Source of the DNA: Cyanobacteriota bacterium
GTDB taxonomy: Bacteria; Cyanobacteriota; Cyanobacteriia; Thermostichales; Thermostichaceae
DNA length: 64,000 nt
Direction: 5' to 3'
NCBI GenBank assembly: GCA_033764955.1
Contig: JANRIL010000019.1
Span: forward strand, 1-64,000
Part shown: piece by piece, positions 1 through 7,978 of the stretch
Layout of the letters: every line of letters begins with the position of its first letter
How positions within the stretch are numbered: position 1 is the stretch's first letter
Notes under the pieces: model-generated
The model's database searches: none
The model's input: only the letters and a program-made list of their open reading frames with translations
What the model was told of the DNA's origin: nothing
Made by a program: the position numbers and the translations under genes

Positions 1-15
1 GGGGATCCCAACGCT

Positions 16-999
16 TCAATCATCCAGTGGACTTCTCACTCCACGACCGCCTTTATTCAATACATGAGTGTAGATCATGGTTGTCTTGACATCTTTATGC
101 CCCAGAAGCTCTTGTACCGTGCGAATGTCATAACCGTTTTGCAGCAAATGGGTGGCAAAACTATGCCGGAACGTATGGCACCCTACCCTTTTTTGAATAC
201 CTGCGACCTTCACGGCTTGTTTGATCGCCTTTTGCAAGCCGCTTTCATGGAGATGATAACGCTGCATTGCCTCACCACGAGGATCCTGAGAGATCCGATC
301 TGATGGAAAAACATACTGCCAAATCCATTCTTTAGCCGCATTGGGATACTGTCGGGCTAGAGCAAACGGCAAATGGGCTACCCCGTAACCTCGTTCCAAA
401 TCTTGCTGATGTAAGCGCTTTACAGCCTGCAAATGCTCAGTCAACTCTTGAACAACACTTAGGGGCAACATTGTTGCGCGACTCTCCATCCCTTTAGCAT
501 CACGAACGATAATCTGGTGCTGGGCAAAGTCTACGTCTTTGACCCGTAGTTGAAGCGCCTCATTCAGTCGTAAACCGCAACCGTAGAGCAATTTCGTAAT
601 AAGCTGATAAACGCCCGACATATTTTGCAAGACTAAGAAAACTTCATCGCTAGTCAAGACTGTAGGCAAATATCGAGAACGCTTGGCTCGAACGGCATCC
701 AAATTTAGATCGAGTTCAGTTTGGACTACCTCTCGATAAAGAAACAGAATGGCACTGAGTGCCTGATTTTGGGTGGAAGCTGCAACATTCTCAGAGACGG
801 CAAGATGAGTCAAAAAAGCGTTGACCTCGATACCGCCCATTTCTCTGGGATGTCGTTTGTTATGAAACAGAATGAAACGCCGGATCCATTGTACATAGGC
901 CTTCTCGGTCTGATAGGAGTAATGCTTGACCCGAATTACATCACGCACTTTATCAAGCAGTTTTCTAGGGGGTGGCTGAACTTCTCCGCCAAAAGGCAT
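16..999 (-). CDS. intI: Integron integrase (tyrosine recombinase)
   Basis: Catalytic motifs [23 protein letters not shown] and TTMIYTH, plus the integron-specific insertion [24 protein letters not shown]. Start taken at ATG 999; the ORF extends to 1116. Confidence 0.97.
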   Translation of the reverse strand: MPFGGEVQPPPRKLLDKVRDVIRVKHYSYQTEKAYVQWIRRFILFHNKRHPREMGGIEVNAFLTHLAVSENVAASTQNQALSAILFLYREVVQTELDLNLDAVRAKRSRYLPTVLTSDEVFLVLQNMSGVYQLITKLLYGCGLRLNEALQLRVKDVDFAQHQIIVRDAKGMESRATMLPLSVVQELTEHLQAVKRLHQQDLERGYGVAHLPFALARQYPNAAKEWIWQYVFPSDRISQDPRGEAMQRYHLHESGLQKAIKQAVKVAGIQKRVGCHTFRHSFATHLLQNGYDIRTVQELLGHKDVKTTMIYTHVLNKGGRGVRSPLDD

Positions 1000-1165
1000 G
1001 AGTAGTTCTACCTCGCCATCTTTGGCCTTAAGTATCGGCCTCGAAACAAAACTTTGCATTTTTCGGCATAACACGCTTCTTGAGGATCTTACCCAGAATA
1101 AATCCGGATAATACACCCGCTGGTTGTGTTACCCAGAAATTTTCGGTATAGTTATGCCGTTCCGG

Positions 1166-1205
1166 TGTATTATACGGAAATTTTCCGTATAATACATAGT
1201 TAGGC
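1166..1205 (+). other. Putative attI site (core GTTAGGC at 1199-1205) preceded by a 31-bp palindrome
   Basis: GTTAGGC is the exact complement of GCCTAAC at 1694 that closes cassette 1. It lies between intI and the first cassette gene. Confidence 0.75.
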
Positions 1206-1228
1206 AGTAAGGGCAAGTTGAGTAACCA

Positions 1229-1657
1229 ATGAACGAAAATATAAACAACACAAATGAATTCAAACTCAACGAAGAAGAGAATATTGCAGAGACCGTGTTC
1301 TACTACCAGCTTCAGACAAGATATAAAGATAACTACAAAAGTTACTTCCTTGCACTTGAACAACACAATGACCCCAGTGAAGAGTTCATGCAGAGATTTG
1401 CAGATAACCCTAAGGTGAAAAGACTTTCGCAAAGTACGCTTGGTATGCCTCCATATGGTGGTTCACAGGTTGTGGACAAAGAGACAGGGGAGCCAGGATT
1501 GATACTTCGGGTTATGGCAATAAAGTGGATCGACGATAAGGAAGTGGAGGTACGTGGTTCATTTTTCAGTGGCGATGGTCAGATATATAGCTATCATCTC
1601 CAGCAGGAGAACGGACATTGGGCAGTCATAGCCAGTGAGTGTATTGCAATCAGCTAA
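1229..1657 (+). CDS. Cassette 1: hypothetical protein (142 aa)
   Basis: ORF fills the space between attI and attC1. No recognisable catalytic motif. Confidence 0.8.
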   Translation: MNENINNTNEFKLNEEENIAETVFYYQLQTRYKDNYKSYFLALEQHNDPSEEFMQRFADNPKVKRLSQSTLGMPPYGGSQVVDKETGEPGLILRVMAIKWIDDKEVEVRGSFFSGDGQIYSYHLQQENGHWAVIASECIAIS

Positions 1658-1693
1658 TATGAGATAAAGGCATTCTTTAATATCCAAAATGTA

Positions 1694-1781
1694 GCCTAAC
1701 TAATCATTGGAGTGGACTGAAAAATGATATTCTTAATGATAACCGAAAGATAACTTCAGCCGCTCAATTCAACTGTTAGCC
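1694..1781 (+). other. attC1 (88 bp)
   Basis: GCCTAAC...ttggagtggactgaa...ttcagccgctcaa...GTTAGCC. Confidence 0.9.
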
Positions 1782-1869
1782 CTCTAGTTCCCGGTGAGGT
1801 GAATCCCCAGAAAGCTATCTGTTGAACAACTGCTATATATAGGTTATTTAGGTATAGGAATAGCAATCA

Positions 1870-2520
1870 ATGCAGATCGACTGGACTAGTTTTGCTATTG
1901 GAGCCGTTGTAGGGCTTGTTCTCGCATTTCTCTTCAAGCTTCATGCTTTAAAACGTCTTGATTTGATGTTAAGGAAGATCGGTATAGAGCTTGGTGTGGA
2001 GGGCTTTGAAGATAAAAAGTCACCTCTTGGTTCTGGCGTGTCAGTAGGCGATATTAGTGGAACCGCTGGCGACATTGCGGGTCGGGATATTGACAAAAGC
2101 ATTGGGAAGAGAGTTGATCAAAAAATTGACAGAATGATCAACCATAATTCCAGCATTTACCAGGCAGTACAAAAAGCAGCTAGTGATGCAACAAAGCAAG
2201 CACTTCTTGGCTTGGATGCAGACGAAGTTGGTGGGGGTGCAGGGGGTACTCTTTTTCAACGAACTGTTAAGTTTGAATTTAGAACAGAAGATTCTGGCTT
2301 GTTATCGACATTGCAGCGTATACAAAGAGGTAATAATCGCTGGTTTGAACGCTATGTTGATGCTTGTCTGTCCTCACCAGAATTTCATCAACAAATCCAA
2401 GAGTTCTGCTACGACCTGACGAGACGGGGTTGGCAGGTTTCATTGATTCGTCCTGTTGATAACATACAAAACGGTTTACTCGTTGACGTTGTAGTCTACA
2501 AATCAATGACACTGCGATAG
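1870..2520 (+). CDS. Cassette 2: hypothetical membrane-anchored protein with a Gly/Asp/Ile low-complexity motif
   Basis: N-terminal hydrophobic helix (FAIGAVVGLVLAFLF), then SGVSVGDISGTAGDIAGRDI, then a globular C-terminal domain. Confidence 0.8.
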   Translation: MQIDWTSFAIGAVVGLVLAFLFKLHALKRLDLMLRKIGIELGVEGFEDKKSPLGSGVSVGDISGTAGDIAGRDIDKSIGKRVDQKIDRMINHNSSIYQAVQKAASDATKQALLGLDADEVGGGAGGTLFQRTVKFEFRTEDSGLLSTLQRIQRGNNRWFERYVDACLSSPEFHQQIQEFCYDLTRRGWQVSLIRPVDNIQNGLLVDVVVYKSMTLR

Positions 2521-2535
2521 TTTAGGGCGGCTCCG

Positions 2536-2621
2536 AGCTAACAACCCCCGTGCAGCGGATTGACCGAAGCCGCTTGGGTGATTGCAAAGGTATCGGCAAC
2601 CGCTGACGGGGAACGTTATCT
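2536..2621 (+). other. attC2 (86 bp)
   Basis: AGCTAAC aacccccgtgcagcggattg...caaccgctgacggggaac GTTATCT. Confidence 0.9.
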
Positions 2622-2647
2622 GCGGCGGGTGATGGGCAGCGTTAGGC
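2615..2647 (+). other. Orphan 3' half of an attC
   Basis: gttatctgcggcgggtgatgggcagc-GTTAGGC. This GTTAGGC matches GCCTAAC at 3423, and the stretch resembles the 3' arms of attC8 and attC9. Confidence 0.7.
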
Positions 2648-2669
2648 GGCATAGACAGATGTTCTTCCC

Positions 2670-3410
2670 ATGTTCAACAGTCAATCCCTTAAAGGCACTC
2701 GCGTTGTAATCGTTGGCGCGAGTTCTGGAACAGGTCGTGCGGTTGCACGTGCGGCATCTGCAAATGGTGCGCACGTCTTCCTCATGAGTCGCACCAGACC
2801 CAAGCTTGAGAAGGTTCGCGAGGAACTACGAGGCCCAGCAGAAGTGATCGCTTTGAACATGCTTGACGAGGCTTCGGTAGCTGAAGCTTTCTCCGCGCTT
2901 GGAAAGATCGACCATCTTGTAGTGACGGCTGTTGCCGACGAAAATAAGCTTCGATCTCCGCTCGGAGACATGTCTACCCAGGTAGCAATGCGCGGAATGG
3001 AGAAGTTTTGGGGCAGCTTCTTTGTCTGCCGCGCAGCAGCCCCGTTGCTTTCAAAGACAGGATCAATAACACTCACATCTAGTGTTTCGATTCTGAAACC
3101 ATCTGCAACGGGCGGTGTTTCGGTAATGTCTGCTGCGAGTGGAGCGGTAGCCACATTCGGATGCACACTTGCTGCAGAACTGGCCCCGATCCGCGTCAAC
3201 GTGATTGCACCTGGCGTCGTCAATACTGGCGTTTGGGAGGAAAGCTCTGAACAACAACGAACAGAACTCAGAACCTGGGCAAAATCGTCACTCCCTGTCA
3301 AACATCTCGCTGAACCGGAGGAGGTCGCAGGGGCCTTCATTGCGCTCATGCTCAACCCTTACATTACTGGTGCCTTGCTCCCAGTGGATGGCGGCCTTAG
3401 TCTTACATAG
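2670..3410 (+). CDS. Cassette 3: SDR family oxidoreductase
   Basis: VGASSGTG Rossmann motif, IRVNVIAPG, and C-terminal TGALLPVDGG. Confidence 0.93.
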   Translation: MFNSQSLKGTRVVIVGASSGTGRAVARAASANGAHVFLMSRTRPKLEKVREELRGPAEVIALNMLDEASVAEAFSALGKIDHLVVTAVADENKLRSPLGDMSTQVAMRGMEKFWGSFFVCRAAAPLLSKTGSITLTSSVSILKPSATGGVSVMSAASGAVATFGCTLAAELAPIRVNVIAPGVVNTGVWEESSEQQRTELRTWAKSSLPVKHLAEPEEVAGAFIALMLNPYITGALLPVDGGLSLT

Positions 3411-3422
3411 CGCACAAGTGCG

Positions 3423-3487
3423 GCCTAACAATTCGTTCAAACCGATACTGCTTTGTTCCGGCAAAAACCGGTACAGGAAAGCATGCC
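3423..3487 (+). other. attC3, truncated (5' arm only; different attC family)
   Basis: GCCTAACAATTCGTTCAAACCGATACTGCTT...; no complementary arm or GTT core follows. Confidence 0.75.
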
Positions 3488-3566
3488 GCCTTCTGTCGAA
3501 TGTTGAGTAAAATCGAGAGGATAAGGACACAAACTCGATTTTCAATATCAGCAAGGAGAAAAGGAA

Positions 3567-3779
3567 ATGACGGCTAATGCTTCGTTGGAGGAACGCCTTG
3601 CAGTGGTAGAAGCCGCGATCGCCCAGTTGCAGAAGCAAATTACAATTTCTCAGCAGACAAATTGGCTGCAACAAATTACAGGATCTTTCAAAGATGAGCC
3701 TGCTTTTGAAGACATACTTGCTTATGGACAAGCAATTCGCCAAGGAGATGAGTCTCTGCTCGAAGCAAAAGATAAGTGA
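3567..3779 (+). CDS. Cassette 4: putative antitoxin (VapB-like)
   Basis: 70 aa with LEERLAVVE coiled coil and acidic tail. Overlaps the start of a PIN toxin. Confidence 0.8.
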   Translation: MTANASLEERLAVVEAAIAQLQKQITISQQTNWLQQITGSFKDEPAFEDILAYGQAIRQGDESLLEAKDK

Positions 3780-4213
3780 TGAGATATTTGTTAGATACAG
3801 ACCATCTGAGCATTCTGCAACGCCAAACGGGTGAGGATTACAACAATCTTGCAAAACGTATGGCACAGCACCCAATATCAGATTTTGCGATCTCGATTGT
3901 GACGTTTCACGAGCAGATGCTTGGTAGCCATGCTTATATCAATCGCGCTCGAACTTCAAGTGAGATAGTGAAGGGATATGAGATAATGGCAAGGATAGTG
4001 AGCAATTTCAAGGTGCTACCTATTGTTTCATTTGATGTAAGTGCAGCTACGGAATACGCAGAGTTAGGGTCTCAACGAATTCAATTAGCCAAGATGGATG
4101 CGCGGATTGCAGCAATTGCTTTGTCTCATAAATTAACTTTGTTGACTCGTAATCATCGAGATTTTGGTAAAGTTGTGGGATTAGTAATTGAGGATTGGAC
4201 AGTTGCCTTTTGA
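3779..4213 (+). CDS. vapC: Cassette 4: VapC family PIN toxin
   Basis: YLLDTDHLS, E46 region, MDARIAAIAL, LLTRNHRDF, IEDW. Confidence 0.92.
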   Translation: MRYLLDTDHLSILQRQTGEDYNNLAKRMAQHPISDFAISIVTFHEQMLGSHAYINRARTSSEIVKGYEIMARIVSNFKVLPIVSFDVSAATEYAELGSQRIQLAKMDARIAAIALSHKLTLLTRNHRDFGKVVGLVIEDWTVAF

Positions 4214-4236
4214 CAAAAACAGCAATGTTAACCGCA

Positions 4237-4323
4237 GCATAACAATTCAAATTCAGCGGACGGTTGAGAGACTTTGGTGCTGAGTTATGTTATGTTTGCC
4301 GCCGCTGATTTGAGACGTTAGCT
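4237..4323 (+). other. attC4 (87 bp)
   Basis: GCATAAC aattcaaattcagcggacgg...gccgccgctgatttgagac GTTAGCT. Confidence 0.92.
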
Positions 4324-4392
4324 CTCCTCTTCAGCAACTAAAACGAATCTAAGCAGCAAGCCCGTCTTTGCTCCCATCAAGTTTTCTAACAT

Positions 4393-4424
4393 TTGACCTT
4401 TGTATGTACGCTTGTGCATATAAT
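4393..4424 (+). promoter_or_regulatory. Cassette-internal promoter/operator of the brnTA pair
   Basis: TTGACC at 4393 and TATAAT at 4419 (spacing long, 20 bp), with the imperfect palindrome TGTATGTAC-GCTT-GTGCATATA between them, just before the ATG. Confidence 0.5.
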
Positions 4425-4430
4425 AGTTGA

Positions 4431-4697
4431 ATGGCGTATCAATGGGACAAAAACAAAGCAGCAACAAACCTCCGTAAGCACGGTATTGATTTTGCCGATG
4501 CGGTTTCTGTGTTCTCAGATGATCTAGCAATTACAACACCAGATGAACGATTTGATGAAGAGCGATTCATTACCATCGGACTAGATGCTCTAGGTCGAGT
4601 GCTTGTGGTGGTATATACCTGGCGCGGTCAAAAAATTTGACTAATTTCAGCTAGATCTGCGACTCGTCAAGAACGAAGACAGTATGAAGAGGACTAA
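4431..4697 (+). pseudogene. brnT: Cassette 5: BrnT family toxin with in-frame TGA at 4638-4640
   Basis: YQWDKNKAATNLRKHGIDFADA...VVVYTWRGQKI*LISARSATRQERRQYEED. The conserved RIISAR motif continues in frame after the stop. Confidence 0.88.
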
Positions 4698-4700
4698 ATT

Positions 4701-4979
4701 ATGGAAGTAGAATACGATTCTGTGGATATGGAATATGATTTTAGTCAAGGAAAACGTGGTGCTATCGATCCTGTTAGTGCGGGCAAAACACGCATTACAA
4801 TTCGGATCGATGATGATGTGTTGGAATGGTTTCGAGAGCAAGTTCATCAAGCAGGAGGAGGAAATTATCAAACCTTAATGAACGAAGCATTACGGACACA
4901 TATTCAAAAACAACATGAACCTTTAGAATCAATATTGAGACGAGTGTTACGCGAAGAGTTGGACCGAGCAGGCAAATAA
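4701..4979 (+). CDS. brnA: Cassette 5: BrnA family antitoxin
   Basis: EYDFSQGKRG...KTRITIRIDDDVLEWFR...NYQTLMNEALR. Confidence 0.92.
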   Translation: MEVEYDSVDMEYDFSQGKRGAIDPVSAGKTRITIRIDDDVLEWFREQVHQAGGGNYQTLMNEALRTHIQKQHEPLESILRRVLREELDRAGK

Positions 4980-5003
4980 ACTTTGATTGTCATTTCTGCA
5001 CTG

Positions 5004-5090
5004 AGCTAACAAGGGTTTGCAGCGGATGGTCGAAACACTCTGATGGTAATTCTAAGACCTTTGCCACCGCTGAAACCCAGACCGTTAGCT
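5004..5090 (+). other. attC5 (87 bp)
   Basis: AGCTAAC aagggtttgcagcggatgg...ccaccgctgaaaccc...GTTAGCT. R'' matches GTTAGCT at 4317. Confidence 0.92.
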
Positions 5091-5234
5091 GACTCTGCAC
5101 ACAGCTCTTGCAGTTGTGGATGAGGGGGATCGATTTGAACCGGAAAGTCCCAGAGGCAATCGTGGAGTCACATTGATGAGGCGATGGGTAATAATGAAGA
5201 ATAATTAAGTGTCGTCAGAACTGTAGCGGTAAAT

Positions 5235-5612
5235 ATGGATTCAAAAATTGAAACCCAAATTCGCGAGTGTGAAGCGCGACTTTACACCGCGATGTCAGCC
5301 TCTGACGTATCTGAATTAGACCTACTCATTGCTGATGACCTGCTTTTCGCTGGGCCAACTGGTGAACTGGCAACTAAAGCGATGGATCTAGACCTGCACC
5401 GTACTGGCGGTACTCAGTTTCACGAGTTTGTGCCTAAAGAGCTAGAGATACGAGTTTGGAGCGAACACTTTGTTCTTGCCTCGGCTCAAATTTTCTTGAG
5501 CGGCACCTATTTAGGAAATGCCTTCAGAGGTGATTACCGCTACATGAGAGTTTGGCGTAGAGACAAAAGCAATTGGCAAATCGTTGGTGGCAGCGTTACC
5601 GCAATGGTTTGA
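5235..5612 (+). CDS. Cassette 6: NTF2-like / DUF4440 protein
   Basis: EARLYTAM..SDVSELDLLIADDL...YRYMRVW..WQIV pattern. Confidence 0.85.
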   Translation: MDSKIETQIRECEARLYTAMSASDVSELDLLIADDLLFAGPTGELATKAMDLDLHRTGGTQFHEFVPKELEIRVWSEHFVLASAQIFLSGTYLGNAFRGDYRYMRVWRRDKSNWQIVGGSVTAMV

Positions 5613-5683
5613 AGATCTAGAGTTCCTTTAACTTCAATGGTGTCGAACGTTCGAGTCGTTAAGATCTGTCGGTAGCGCCAGCC

Positions 5684-5769
5684 AGCTAACAAGTCGATGA
5701 AGCGAACGATCGAGAGATCTTGGTTGCGTTCCAAAGGTTGCATGCCGCCGCTTATCTTAGTCGTTGTGC
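5684..5769 (+). other. attC6 (86 bp)
   Basis: AGCTAAC aagtcgatgaagcg...cgcttatcttagtc GTTGTGC. R'' matches GTTAGCT at 5084. Confidence 0.88.
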
Positions 5770-5911
5770 CGCTTAGTCCTCGGTGGTGGCAGTACCAAAG
5801 GTGCATCTGTTTGCCTCTAAGATTGGTGTTGGGGCGATCGCTTTTGAGTGGTGTTCTGAGCAGTTAGTTGTGGGCTAAGATCACAGTGATTCCTGCTACT
5901 AGATAACTGAC

Positions 5912-6136
5912 ATGACAACTGTGGCGCGTGTCATTCACAGTGACCCTGACATTTTGGGAGGAACTCCTGTTTTTGTTGGAACTCGTGTACCGATGAGAAC
6001 ACTGCTTGATTATCTTGAAGCAGGCAATCCACTAGATGAATTCTTAGATCATTTTCCCAGTGTTAGGCGTGAGCAAGCGATCGCAGCCCTTGAATTAGCA
6101 AAAGAAATGCTGACAGCCTATGCGAATTCTGCTTGA
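5912..6136 (+). CDS. Cassette 7: DUF433 antitoxin-like protein
   Basis: DPDILGGTPVFVGTRVP...FLDHFPSV signature. Confidence 0.92.
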   Translation: MTTVARVIHSDPDILGGTPVFVGTRVPMRTLLDYLEAGNPLDEFLDHFPSVRREQAIAALELAKEMLTAYANSA

Positions 6137-6446
6137 CGAATGTGCCCCACGTCCTCTAAAGCGTGAACTTGCCGACTACGAAATACGCACAGTTGTCGAG
6201 ATGGGATGGTCAGGAAAAAAGAACGGTGAGCTGCTGAGACTTATGAGTGAAGAGGGCTTCACAATTTTGCTCACCAAAGATCAAAATTTGCGTTATCAAC
6301 AAAACTTACACCAAGCTGGAGTCGCTGTAATTGTTCTTGTAGCATGCAGCAATAGACTTCCTGATTTAGTACCTCTGATACCAGATGTTCGTGACGTGTT
6401 GAATACCATTGCTCCAGGAGAGGTGATTGAAGTTAAAGGTTCTTAA
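6120..6446 (+). CDS. Cassette 7: DUF5615 PIN-like toxin
   Basis: MRILLDEC...GWSGKKNGELL...LLTKDQNL; overlaps the DUF433 gene. Confidence 0.88.
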   Translation: MRILLDECAPRPLKRELADYEIRTVVEMGWSGKKNGELLRLMSEEGFTILLTKDQNLRYQQNLHQAGVAVIVLVACSNRLPDLVPLIPDVRDVLNTIAPGEVIEVKGS

Positions 6447-6464
6447 GATTTTATAGACAGCGCA

Positions 6465-6551
6465 GCACAATAACTCAAATGCAGCGGACGGTTGAGAGTC
6501 GCTGGTGCTGAGTTCGAGGCTACTTGCCGCCGCTGATTTGAGCCGTTAAAC
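6465..6551 (+). other. attC7 (87 bp; R'' reads GCACAAT instead of GCACAAC)
   Basis: Close relative of attC4. Ends GTTAAAC. Confidence 0.88.
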
Positions 6552-6603
6552 TGTAATGTTGGTTTCCCCGATAATCTCATAATGAGATCTGTAGCAAGGT
6601 AAT

Positions 6604-7440
6604 ATGAGCTTCAATTTTTCCACTGCTTCAAATTCGACTGCTTCAAATTCGACAACAGATCTGTTGAGTTATTTTTCTGATCGGGGGGAAGATTACGAGA
6701 AGTATCGTCCGATTTATCCCGCCTCTGCCATTGATACAATGTTGTCAGGTCTGGGATCCCCGACCCAGATTACTGCTGTTGATGTTGGAGCAGGAACAGG
6801 GATTGGAGCAAGATTGTTGGCCGATCGAGGCATTCAGGTTGTAGCGATCGAACCCAACGAGGATATGAGAACGGCAGCGACCCCACATGAAGGGGTGCAG
6901 TTTCTGGCTGCAACTGCTGAGCAGATTCCTCTCAAGAATGTATCAGTCGATTTAGTGGCCTCTTTTCAAGCATTTCATTGGTTTGATTTTGACAAAAGTC
7001 TCCAAGAGTTTTGCCGTATTCTCAAACCTAGCGGGCGTTTAGCTTTGATGTGGAGCTTTTGGCATCAAGACGATCCTGTCTCGAAGGAATACACTCGCTT
7101 AGTCTTTAAGGCATCCCAAGATCGCAAGCATCAATCCCCATCTGGAATCCAACCAAAAACATGGCTCAAAAGTATACGTTATCAATTGTTTTGGCAGAGG
7201 TTATGGTTACCTTACTTCACCCATTTAAAGCGACATGAGTTTTTGTCGAATCAAAACCTAAATTTCTCAGGACTAATAGGTTTAGCTCGCAGCCAAGGAT
7301 TTACACCATCTAGTGGAGAAGAATTAGAAAAGCTCATCTCAGATTTGGCTGTATTCCATCAACGCTTCTGCAATCATCAAGGTTTTGTAAGACTGATTTA
7401 TCACACATACCTGTACACCGCTATTTCTAATCATTCTTAG
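6604..7440 (+). CDS. Cassette 8a: class I SAM-dependent methyltransferase
   Basis: YEKYRPIYP, VDVGAGTGI, FQAFHWFD, ILKPSGRL. Confidence 0.92.
   Translation: MSFNFSTASNSTASNSTTDLLSYFSDRGEDYEKYRPIYPASAIDTMLSGLGSPTQITAVDVGAGTGIGARLLADRGIQVVAIEPNEDMRTAATPHEGVQFLAATAEQIPLKNVSVDLVASFQAFHWFDFDKSLQEFCRILKPSGRLALMWSFWHQDDPVSKEYTRLVFKASQDRKHQSPSGIQPKTWLKSIRYQLFWQRLWLPYFTHLKRHEFLSNQNLNFSGLIGLARSQGFTPSSGEELEKLISDLAVFHQRFCNHQGFVRLIYHTYLYTAISNHS
6622..6651 (+). repeat. 15-bp tandem duplication (actgcttcaaattcg x2) in the MTase 5' end
   Basis: Exact in-frame duplication giving STASN-STASN. Confidence 0.9.
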
Positions 7441-7450
7441 GTCAATTCTC

Positions 7451-7840
7451 ATGATGGATATAAAACTACTTCAAAAGAAGGCTAAATCACGAGGTATTTC
7501 TGTTGATGGTCGAGGCGGTTATGAACGACATATTTTACTGTGTACTGGATTACGACAAAATGGAGATACTTGTTGCTCTGCTGAAGAAGGTGCTAAAACC
7601 TGGAAATATTTGGGTAAAAGGCTGAAGCAACTTGCTCAAGATGGACACAACTTCTATCGCACGGAAGTGGAATGTTTAATGTTTTGTCGTGGTGGCCCAC
7701 TTGCAGTTATTTACCCTGAAGGAACTTGGTATTCTCATGTTACCCCAAATGTTTGTGAACGCATTATTCAAGAGCATTTGTTAGAGGGGAGACCTGTTGA
7801 AGAATTTATGTTTGCTTGTAACCCGTTGAGAGATCTTTAA
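7451..7840 (+). CDS. Cassette 8b: thioredoxin-like [2Fe-2S] ferredoxin
   Basis: HILLCTG...CC...CLMFCRGGPLAVIYPEGTWY...RIIQEHL. Confidence 0.9.
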   Translation: MMDIKLLQKKAKSRGISVDGRGGYERHILLCTGLRQNGDTCCSAEEGAKTWKYLGKRLKQLAQDGHNFYRTEVECLMFCRGGPLAVIYPEGTWYSHVTPNVCERIIQEHLLEGRPVEEFMFACNPLRDL

Positions 7841-7855
7841 GTACACCCCCATACA

Positions 7856-7943
7856 GCCTAACAACCCCAATGCACACCGACCGCCGAGGGGTTATCGGTT
7901 AGTGTTACAGGTTATTTGCTGCCCCTGGGGGGGAACGTTATAA
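7856..7943 (+). other. attC8 (88 bp, 3' arm degenerate)
   Basis: GCCTAAC aaccccaatgcacaccgaccgc...gggggaac GTTATAA, with a second GTTATAA at 7947. Confidence 0.8.
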
Positions 7944-7978
7944 AGCGTTATAAGGTTTATGCCATTCCGGTCTAGTCC

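Noticed and set aside
1000..1060. LexA/SOS box upstream of intI
   Set aside because: No clear match to the cyanobacterial or proteobacterial LexA consensus could be read.
2681..3355. Long antisense ORFs (this one, 28328-29038, 57015-57587 and others)
   Set aside because: They are shadow frames opposite well-supported genes.
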